DNA from: Promethearchaeota archaeon
Lineage (GTDB): Archaea > Asgardarchaeota > Lokiarchaeia > Sigyniarchaeales > Promethearchaeaceae
DNA: 32,000 nt
Direction: 5' to 3'
Assembly: GCA_016933055.1 (NCBI GenBank)
Contig: JAFGBS010000028.1
Span: 90,001-122,000, forward strand
The notes under the pieces: model-generated
Told to the model about the DNA's origin: nothing
Databases searched by the model: none
What the model saw: only the letters and a program-made list of their open reading frames with translations
Shown here: positions 9,076 through 17,700 of the stretch, in pieces
How positions within the stretch are numbered: the first letter of the stretch is position 1
How the letters are laid out: each line of letters opens with the position of its first letter
Program-made: the position numbers and the translations under genes

Positions 9076-9297
9076 TTCTAGGGTCAACCCACATTCTGCA
9101 GAACTATGCCTCAAGTAGTGACTCTTATTCATCTAATCAACTTTTAAGTGACATTTCGTCAACTTAGATGACCAGACATCCACTTTACTTTTCCCTTTTT
9201 CACCTTATGGGACTTGTAGAGTGTTAGACCTTCCTATGCTGAATTAACCTTTTAGTTGTTCCATGAGAGATTTTTGGTGTAGTTCCTAGAACTTGAG
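9076..9297. ncRNA. Candidate structured non-coding RNA (unassigned)
   Basis: Sits in a 738-bp gap with no ORF in the supplied track and is less AT-rich than its flanks. It contains several short complementary segments and, on the minus strand, fragments resembling RNase P conserved regions. A canonical P4 helix could not be built. Confidence 0.25.
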
Positions 9298-9643
9298 ATT
9301 GTGAGCATAAAATTCACGATAGTTATCTTACAATTTACTTAATAGAGATTGAAAATAACGAAATCGCCAAAAACGAAAACATTGGCGCAAATTATGTTAA
9401 AAAATTTAAATAATTACTTTTCTTTTTTTTAAGTTCTTACAAGATTGTTCTCTTTTTCAATCTGCCCGTAGACTAATTTACCCCAACAAGGTTTCAATTT
9501 CGTTACAATCTAAGAATAAAATTAATGGAACATTCAGCTACATACTCCTACATCATATTTAGGCTTTTAGAAGAAATTTGAGTTATGATGATAAAGTATT
9601 TGTTTTTGAACCCTATGAATTAATATGAGGTATACATAAATTC

Positions 9644-12600
9644 ATGTCAGACGCAGCAGAATACTATCAACGGGGCTTAACATTTCTTTCTGAAAAACCT
9701 CCTAATCTTATTAAAGCTCTATCCTTAATACGTAAAGCTAAATTATTGTTCGATCAAAAAGGGAATGAGAGGGAATCTGAGGCAGCACAGGATAAAATCT
9801 ATTTTGTATACATTTCTTTAATCGAAAAAGAGTATGAACAGGCAAAAAATTTCTTGACGATAGGTTCTTTTGAAAAAGCTCTATCAAAAGGAGTGGATGC
9901 CTACTCTCATTTAGATAAATCCTCTCCTAAATATAGCCAAAAAACCTCAAAAAAAATTGAAAATTTAATAGAACAAATTGCAATTGAGCTTTTATATGAT
10001 ATAGAACGTAGTCAAGATAAGATTTCCATTGATGAATCTCTTAGCAAATTGCACTATGTAGAACGGGTCATCCTTGATGTTTTTTATTCTCATCTCAAAT
10101 CCTCCAGTGACAAGGTTGAAATTCCTGAAAATTTCATAAAAGAAATCCAAGATAAACGCAAAATCCAACGTGCATTCATTAATATTTACGAATCGCTAGG
10201 GAATCACTCAAAAGATTTAGCAAAAACGTATATACAAGAGGGAAATATCACTCAAGGAGCTATATCTCTTAATCTAGCGAAACAATTATATGAAACCACT
10301 GGTTCTACCCAGCGATTAGACGATCTTAAGCCTTTATATCAAAAAATCCATGAGGCTCAAGGTGACCTTGCATATACTAATGCCGAACAATTGATGCAAG
10401 AAAATCGACTGGAAAAGGCTCGAAATCAACTAAAAAAAGCTCGTGATTTCTATTCTATATCTCAAAATGATAAAAAGAAAAAAGCTGCTGAAGAGTTATA
10501 TCTTAATGTGTCGGTCGAATTGGGCGAAAATCTTCTCGAGGATGCTGAGAAAGCTTTAGAACTAAATGATATGAAATCTACGATTGACTATTTGAAAGAA
10601 GCGTATGATTTTTTTAGTAAAATCAATCATAAAAAACTAAAGCAGCAAACTGAACAGAAATTAAATAGAGTGTATTCAGTATTAGGAGATAGAGAATCTG
10701 AACTTGCAGAACAAGTTGATCCAAGCGATATAATCAATAAAAACCTCAGTAAATTAGATCTTGAGGAGTATAGCTTCCAAAGTGAGTTTTTTTTGACTTC
10801 TGAACTTATTTCTCAGAAATTACAGAGATTACATGGTGCTTCCTATTATTACCAAAAAGCGCATAATGAGATTCAACTTAAGAAAAACGAACGCAAAATT
10901 CATAGTTATACAGAAAAGATCGCTAACTTATACTTAAATCAAGGGAAAAGGGATTTTAAAAATAGAGAATACGAAAAAGCTCAAATTCATCTAAAAAAAA
11001 GCATCTTCTATTACCAGAATAACAACCAAAAAATTAATAGTATTCGGGGGATGCTCCAAAAAATCGAACCCAAAATTAATGCCAAAAAACTAGAAAAAAT
11101 TAAAAAATCTTTAATTCAGTATAATGAATTAATTTCCGAGCAATATATAGGAAATCCACCTACTTCTGGAGTGAATCTCCATGGGGATACCACTGATCAG
11201 CAATATCGATGCAAAAATTGCGGAAATTGGGTACAAGCATATTATTATGATTCCATTCAAGAGAGATGTTTAGAATGTCGTTCACGGATAATATGCGATG
11301 AATGTAGGAAAGAAATTGGACCGAATGAAATATATCAGCAATGTTTAGGATGTAAGGCTATTTTTTGTTTAGATTGCGCTGAACGAGTATTTGATTTCAT
11401 CCAAAAAAAATGTTTGAGCTGTCGAGTTGTCCAAATTTGTGATATTTGTCAAAAAGAAGCAAAACCAACTGAAAGTTTCAGTGAGTGTCCCCTCTGCCAC
11501 AAAATATGTTGTACTTCACACTTCGATTTTCAACAAGGTTTATGCAACGAATGTCGACAAATCATTAAATGTTCACAGTGTGGGGTTGAATTAAATAAAG
11601 AAGACGTATTTGTCTGTGACGTTTGTAAAAACGTTTTTTGCGCTAAACACTTCGATGTTGGGAGAAATACATGTATTCAAGATCGTAAAGAAGAAATCTG
11701 CGCAAAATGCGGAAAAATCTTGAAGAAAGAAGATTCAGCAAACAAATGTCCAAAATGTGGTTTTATGTACTGTACAAATCACTTCTCGGAGTTTCACGAA
11801 ATGTGTACGGTCTGCCTTCCAAAATTAGAATGTTCATTTTGTGGTATGGACTTATCCAAGGAAAATTTTTTCCAGTGTAACGATTGTAAAAAAGTGTTTT
11901 GTCGGGATCATTTCAATTCAGCTTTGGGAAGGTGTTTATCTTGCACAGAGAAGGTGAGCACAGTAAAAATAAATGCAATCGGAGTTCAAACAATCACACA
12001 AGACGCTACTCAGATGTATGATTTACAAGCCAGCACAATGCAGCCGATTATTGCAAAATTTAATCGTGGGGAGGTTCTCGAATCGGAAGAAATCGATTTT
12101 CTTTTGCGACATCAGATCAATTTACCCATAGATGAGGAAAAATATGTGAATATAGGTTCTACTCAGAACGTTATGGTACTAATTCGGCAACCTGACAATA
12201 AACCTTACGTTGTACTTGTTCCAGAAACCCCAATTGTAATTGATGTGAAATACTATGGGGATCTTTTCCGTAAGCTAATTCCATATCTTCCTGAAGTTCC
12301 ACTCACCATCGATGGAATGACGAGTATTGTGAACTTAATATTTTATGCCTCAAATAATCCCCGATGGGCTTTAATGTACGAAATATTACATCAAACTTTA
12401 TTGAAAACTGGAATAGAAGTGTTACATGTACTTGTCTTGGTGTTCAGGAAAGCGAATACAGAATTAATAAGTCAATCAATATCAGACTCTATCCTAGAAA
12501 AAAACTTTTCCGGTACAAACATAAAAGAAGCTCTCAAATTTATTCAAACTAATGATTCTGAAGATGAAGTGGGATTGTTTTCAAATAATGAAAGATTGGA

Positions 12601-12691
12601 CCAATTACTCAAGGTTTTTTATAATCTTCACCGGGGTAATGTACTACGTGCTGCAGAACTACTTGCTATCTATGAAATCGATCCGAAATAA
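9644..12691 (+). CDS. Large protein: TPR/alpha-SNAP-like helical repeats + five tandem 8-ligand Cys/His zinc fingers + unassigned C-terminal domain
   Basis: The N-terminal ~480 aa carry recurring A..L..A..(F/Y) helical pairs. Residues ~523-767 hold five units of CxxC-x11/12-CxxC-x4-Cxx(H/C)-x7/11-Cxx(C/D) plus one half unit. GAGGT lies upstream of the ATG. Confidence 0.9.
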   Translation: MSDAAEYYQRGLTFLSEKPPNLIKALSLIRKAKLLFDQKGNERESEAAQDKIYFVYISLIEKEYEQAKNFLTIGSFEKALSKGVDAYSHLDKSSPKYSQKTSKKIENLIEQIAIELLYDIERSQDKISIDESLSKLHYVERVILDVFYSHLKSSSDKVEIPENFIKEIQDKRKIQRAFINIYESLGNHSKDLAKTYIQEGNITQGAISLNLAKQLYETTGSTQRLDDLKPLYQKIHEAQGDLAYTNAEQLMQENRLEKARNQLKKARDFYSISQNDKKKKAAEELYLNVSVELGENLLEDAEKALELNDMKSTIDYLKEAYDFFSKINHKKLKQQTEQKLNRVYSVLGDRESELAEQVDPSDIINKNLSKLDLEEYSFQSEFFLTSELISQKLQRLHGASYYYQKAHNEIQLKKNERKIHSYTEKIANLYLNQGKRDFKNREYEKAQIHLKKSIFYYQNNNQKINSIRGMLQKIEPKINAKKLEKIKKSLIQYNELISEQYIGNPPTSGVNLHGDTTDQQYRCKNCGNWVQAYYYDSIQERCLECRSRIICDECRKEIGPNEIYQQCLGCKAIFCLDCAERVFDFIQKKCLSCRVVQICDICQKEAKPTESFSECPLCHKICCTSHFDFQQGLCNECRQIIKCSQCGVELNKEDVFVCDVCKNVFCAKHFDVGRNTCIQDRKEEICAKCGKILKKEDSANKCPKCGFMYCTNHFSEFHEMCTVCLPKLECSFCGMDLSKENFFQCNDCKKVFCRDHFNSALGRCLSCTEKVSTVKINAIGVQTITQDATQMYDLQASTMQPIIAKFNRGEVLESEEIDFLLRHQINLPIDEEKYVNIGSTQNVMVLIRQPDNKPYVVLVPETPIVIDVKYYGDLFRKLIPYLPEVPLTIDGMTSIVNLIFYASNNPRWALMYEILHQTLLKTGIEVLHVLVLVFRKANTELISQSISDSILEKNFSGTNIKEALKFIQTNDSEDEVGLFSNNERLDQLLKVFYNLHRGNVLRAAELLAIYEIDPK

Positions 12692-12774
12692 TTCTTAAAA
12701 CGGAATAAACGATACCCACTTAGCGATGACAGAATACTAGTTTAATGAATACTTAAAATGAAAAGGTAAAAATA

Positions 12775-13467
12775 ATGTCAAATTATTGTGCAAAATGTGG
12801 AGATCCGTTAGAGCCGGGTCAGAAATTTTGTGAGAAATGTGGGGCTCCTGCAGAAGCTATGAACACACCTCAGACCGCCCAACCAGCAGCTTCTAGTGGT
12901 CTATTTGATCCCTCGAGACAGTATTATATTCTTCAGGAAAAATACTGGTCATGGGGCTCGGGATCGATAATGGATGAGCAAGGTCAAGAAATTGGAAAGA
13001 TGCATAGGAAGGTGTTTTCGATTCGACAGAAAATAGAATTATTGGAATTAGATGGGACCGTTAGTGCCACAATTCATAAAAAAATTGTTGCGATTCGACC
13101 CACCTATGATTTGAAAGATGGGCAGGAAAATGATCTTGCACGGTTAAAAAAGACCATCATAAATGTCATCCGACCGAAGCTTTTCTTAGAAGACCCTAAT
13201 GGGAATGTGCTTTATGAAGCAAGAGGGAAATTTATGGGGTGGGACTTCACAATTACAGATCCATCAACTGGGACTCTAGTTGGGACCGTTAGTAAAACGG
13301 ATAGATGGAGGGATGTATTCCTTGGTGGTGTATTTAATTTTAAGGACACATACGCTCTTAAAATCGAAGATCCTACTGTTGATCGACGACTTTTACTTGG
13401 ATTCGTGTTGAGCATTGATAATTCACTCCACGATCAGGGTAAAACTGGTGGATTCCGTTTCGGTTAA
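12775..13467 (+). CDS. Zinc-ribbon + LURP-one/scramblase (Tubby C-like) domain protein
   Basis: N-terminal CAKCG...FCEKCG ribbon and an Ala/Pro/Gln linker. Repeated beta units (YYILQEKYWSWG..IMDEQGQEIG, LFLEDPNG, WDFTITD, DTYALKI) end in a helix (DRRLLLGFVLSID), as is typical of LURP-one/scramblase. Confidence 0.82.
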   Translation: MSNYCAKCGDPLEPGQKFCEKCGAPAEAMNTPQTAQPAASSGLFDPSRQYYILQEKYWSWGSGSIMDEQGQEIGKMHRKVFSIRQKIELLELDGTVSATIHKKIVAIRPTYDLKDGQENDLARLKKTIINVIRPKLFLEDPNGNVLYEARGKFMGWDFTITDPSTGTLVGTVSKTDRWRDVFLGGVFNFKDTYALKIEDPTVDRRLLLGFVLSIDNSLHDQGKTGGFRFG

Positions 13468-13476
13468 TCGTAAAAA

Positions 13477-13491
13477 TTTTTTTTCTTCTTT
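13477..13491 (+). terminator. Oligo-T tract, possible archaeal intrinsic terminator
   Basis: TTTTTTTTCTTCTTT lies 10 bp after the stop at 13467. Confidence 0.4.
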
Positions 13492-13560
13492 AGTCAATTT
13501 TAATGCGATTCTGGAATCAAAAAGGCTTTTTTTTCCAATAATCCCTCCCACATAAATTAA

Positions 13561-14688
13561 TTGAGAAAATTTCAAATACAACCCTCATTAACTACGTGTA
13601 TGCACGATCCGCTTTCTGAGTATCTAATTGAGAGATTTGACCTAAAATCAGAAGACCACAAATTATACTGCGATGTGGTAAAAACTGCTTTTCTACATCA
13701 TAAACATTCTCAAGGGGGAACTATTCTATTTGATGAAGAAACCTTTAACATCATGTTTGGGTCTCCGTATCAAGACAAAGATTTATTCATACGTGCAATT
13801 CATAAAGAAACCGGTGATTTGGTTGGCTTTGTAGGGGCTATCCCCCGTCATTTGGTGTATCAAGGAAAAGAATACAAATTTGGTGTTCCTGCGTGGATCT
13901 CTGTTCACTATAAACACCAAAAAAAGGGCCTTGCACGTGCGATGGGTATCAAGTTACTAGAATATGGTGCCAATACAGCAAGGTATGAAGGTGGATTTGT
14001 AGAATTTGATTCAGAAGATCATGGTTTAGAGGCATTTGATGCTGTATTTCGAGGATACGATTATGAAATCAATGATATTTTATCTATGGACAAGTTCGTG
14101 GTTCGTGCATTTGATGTTAAAAAACTGAGTTCCGTAATAAAATTACAGAAAATCGAAAAATTTGGATTGAGATTGCTTCAAAAAGTGCAAAAAGTAAACA
14201 ATCCACTAATACGTAAATCTAAACCTGAAGATCATGAGCGCCTTTATGAGTTACTTCAAGATCATATCGAACGAAATGAGTTGTCCGTTATTCGAGATAA
14301 GGAAGATTTTTTGTGGTATTTGCAACAACCTGGTGTGAACTGCGTAGTCCATGAAGATGAATCAGGTGCGGTAGATGGATTTATAATTGCTTGGAAATTT
14401 CAATTAGCTGGATTTGGAAACGCTATAAACTTTGGCTGGCTGGATTGCGTACATATCCATCGCCTATCCAGTAAAGATGCTTCAGATTTATGTAAATATT
14501 TATGTGTTGTCTCTAAAGAATTAGGATGGGAGGGTTTGCAGACTCCATACATTCCATATTTTGATCCCAAACCTTTCAAAAAAGCGAAATTCATATTTTA
14601 CCCCAAAAAACTAATAATTAGTAGTTTTAAATTCAGACCAACACCAATTCCAAAAAACGTAAAATCATTTTATTTTGATTGGAGATAA
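13561..14688 (+). CDS. Tandem-GNAT acyltransferase, N-myristoyltransferase (NMT)-like; start TTG 13561 or ATG 13600
   Basis: LVGFVGAIP, ISVHYKHQKKGLARAM, RAFDVKKL, IRKSKPEDHERLYELL, VVHEDESGAVDGF, SKELGWE and FKKAKF are colinear with NMT N- and C-domain segments as I recall them. Confidence 0.75.
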   Translation: MRKFQIQPSLTTCMHDPLSEYLIERFDLKSEDHKLYCDVVKTAFLHHKHSQGGTILFDEETFNIMFGSPYQDKDLFIRAIHKETGDLVGFVGAIPRHLVYQGKEYKFGVPAWISVHYKHQKKGLARAMGIKLLEYGANTARYEGGFVEFDSEDHGLEAFDAVFRGYDYEINDILSMDKFVVRAFDVKKLSSVIKLQKIEKFGLRLLQKVQKVNNPLIRKSKPEDHERLYELLQDHIERNELSVIRDKEDFLWYLQQPGVNCVVHEDESGAVDGFIIAWKFQLAGFGNAINFGWLDCVHIHRLSSKDASDLCKYLCVVSKELGWEGLQTPYIPYFDPKPFKKAKFIFYPKKLIISSFKFRPTPIPKNVKSFYFDWR

Positions 14689-14729
14689 AAAAAAAGTCTC
14701 ATAAAAATAATGGAATGGAATAGACGAAA

Positions 14730-17700
14730 TTAGTCCTCTAATCCCTCTTCTTTTAGGAGATCATCCAGATCTGCAGTTTCTTTTTCCTTTTCGGGAGTTA
14801 TAGCTTCCGATTCTTCCACTACATCCTCTGGTTTTTGTTTTTGTAATTTAGCTACTTCCACGTAACGTCCTCGTCTCGGTCGTTTTTCTTCTTTTTTCTC
14901 TTTTTCAGGTACTTTTTGTAGCTTTTTATAAGTATTCCAACTGAAGTATGTACTGCCCAGAATTAATCCGATCAATCCGATGAAAAATAATGTTTTAAAA
15001 AATCCATCCAAATTGTCAAGAAAAGATGAAGTTAGAACGGTTAATTCAAATGAAGAAGAATTTTGCACCACTTCATTAGAATCATGATTCTTACACGTCA
15101 CTTGAACTTGGATAATTCCTTCGTTTTCTTGATAAGAAGCTGGAATGGTGACATAATATTCAATGAAAAAGAACTCATAAGGATTCAATTGTTTTTCAGA
15201 AGAATAACTGATATCACCTATTCTAAATGTTGTGCCGGGAAAAGCAAAATCAACGGCAAAATCTTTCAAGGTGGAGTTTCCAATGTTGGTAATTTTAAAT
15301 ATTAAGGTATTTTCTTGTTTTTCTTTCAAAAACACTTGATCCGTGGAATTCACAATCTCAATCCGAATTGAATCGCTATAAGTTATCATTGCAAAATCCA
15401 AGGTAGTAGAGGTGCCAAAGATCGTTGTGTTTCCCATCCATGTCAGTTTTATTTTCAAATTGGTAGATTTAGAAACAATATTTGAATCAAAAGTACCGGT
15501 AAAAAAGCCGTTATCCTCTGTAACTAATTCTTTTTCATCAGTTTGGTTGAAAGTTATCCATTCAGACCCATTGAATACCTCAACCGAAATAGTTTGATTT
15601 TTTATATTTTGACTAAATTCATCCATTAAATACCCTTGAAGTTTAAAATCGCTCCCCCATATTAAGTCTACTGTGGAAACATCTGAGAATATAGCTATAG
15701 GTTTGGAATTGAAAGTATCATATTCTGATAGGGAACAAGTAACATAATAACTATCTGAGATTTGTAATAGGTATGTGGCTGTGGAATGCACTAACTCTTC
15801 TACACGGTTAATTTCAGCTGAAAAAATCTTTCCGATAGGTCCTGGGCGATGATGAATCATACTTTTCATCATTATTTTTCCTTCGAATTCTGTTTCTGAT
15901 TTTTCGATAAATGGGAATACAATATCTACAATCCGGTCATTAAGTTTTGCTCCATTTATTTCAGTTTGAATTTTTAATACAAACGGGTTTAAGCGAATCG
16001 GGGCATTTATTCCCTTATAATCTGTTGGAACAGTGAATTCTAATTCGATAGTATTGGATTCAGTTCCACTCCCTACCATTCCTAGTTTAAAACTTGTACT
16101 CTGTTCCATTACAATCCAATCATAATTTGTGGATTGCACAAACTGAGCATTTATCATTAAATCATTATCCCAATATAAGTTAAAACTCTCAAAGGTAAGA
16201 TTTACCTTGATAATTTCACCAGGATTAAATAATGATTCATTTACGAGTATATGAGTTAGATTTATGTCAAATCCATAATCGAGATATTCCCATCCCAATG
16301 TTTCGTTGATATGATAGTTTCCATCTCCAGAGGATCCTGTCGTATCATTAATTGCAAAAACTGATACATTATATGTAGATGCACTTGTTAAATTCCTCTG
16401 TATTGAAGAAAGAATCACATCCACACGCTTATTTAAATCCTCAGCGATATTCATTATATCAACGCCATATTCCATAATGAATATGGGTTGAATTTGGTAT
16501 CCTAATTCATTCCCTCCATTCCATTTGAAAACGAGGGAATATTTTCCCATTTGTGTTATCTCAGTAGTGTTCAAAATATTTTCAAAATCATATTGATAAT
16601 GGGTGAGTAAAACTGGTTTTCCATTAATTAAGATAGCTTCAGTATCGTCAGGAGTAGTATCCACTAACTCATTCGGGATTAAAAGTGCATTATCGGGATC
16701 ATAAAGATTGACAGTACTATCACCCGTAAAAATTTCAGAACTATTTTTAGTATAATTTAAAATTCCCATGCTTACTGAAATGTTATCTCCTTGCATAAAT
16801 CCATAAGTTGGCCAATAGTGGTCCTCATAATGAAGATAAGATTTCATCTCATGTACATAATTTGGACTATCTGCATAAAGAGAATATATACCATTCTCTG
16901 TTTCAAGAATCCAATATTCCACGAAATTCCCCTCAGTCGATTCTTCATAATCATCAAGTATTGAATTTCGATTTTCATCTAATAATTCTGTTACCGACCA
17001 ATCTACTGGAACAACAAAACTGAAATTTTTTAATGTCCAGCCCGTATAGATGGCAGAATTTAGGGTATAATTAAGCTCCCATGCGGGATTATCACCAAAT
17101 TCAACAGAAAATTTTGTTATTGTAGACTCAATATTATACACAACAGCTGTATAATTCACATTAAATACGAGATTTAGAGTTAATGATTTGTTGAACTCTA
17201 TTGGAATGGTAATATTATTCGCATCATCCCGTATCTCGGTTTCAAATATATGATTCCATTTTGCGAGCCCCCATCGATATCCCGAAGTTTGTGCATATAT
17301 TCCAGTAGTTAAAGAGTAGGATTTCACTGCTCTGTCGTCAATTTTCATATCTATTTCTTCAGGTAACCATGGACGTGTTAGGTTGATTGCAAAGGGGGCA
17401 GCATCTACTTGCCCTCCTCCCACTAATACTTTACTCCAAGTTCCCGGATTCCCATTACTGGAGCGTAAAAATAAATGGTCCACCCGTTGATCGGGATCCT
17501 GGTTCGTGGCATCTCCATCAGAATCCGAATATGGAATGGTCACTACGGAATAGATAGAACTTGTATTAGCACTTAAAACGACAAAGTAATTACTGACATT
17601 CAGTTCGATAGGAGAATGATCCGCATTGAATGGAATATAAGCGTATTCATCACCCTCATAGTTATCAATTATTCTACTATTCATAAGTAGTTCTGGTTCT

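Noticed and set aside
9076-9297. Firm RNase P RNA (rnpB) call
   Set aside because: Motif fragments are in plausible order, but TAGGAACTACACC gives two mismatches with TGTGGGTT, P5 cannot form, and the alternative P4 lacks the GAGGAA lead-in. Kept only as an unassigned ncRNA candidate.
9157-9390. HEARO/omega-RNA, TPP riboswitch or group I intron similarity (GTCAAC...AACATTGGCG; GGTTAATTCAGCATAGGAA; GAACTA/TAGTTC)
   Set aside because: There is no adjacent IscB/HNH gene, no CUGAGA or P5 for TPP, and the group I P7 would be non-canonical with no host gene. The matches are short.
11210-11944. Canonical FYVE (PI3P-binding) or RING E3 call for the zinc fingers
   Set aside because: There is no WxxD or R(R/K)HHCR motif, and no C-x-H RING spacing. 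Only the ligand spacing supports a FYVE/PHD-type fold.
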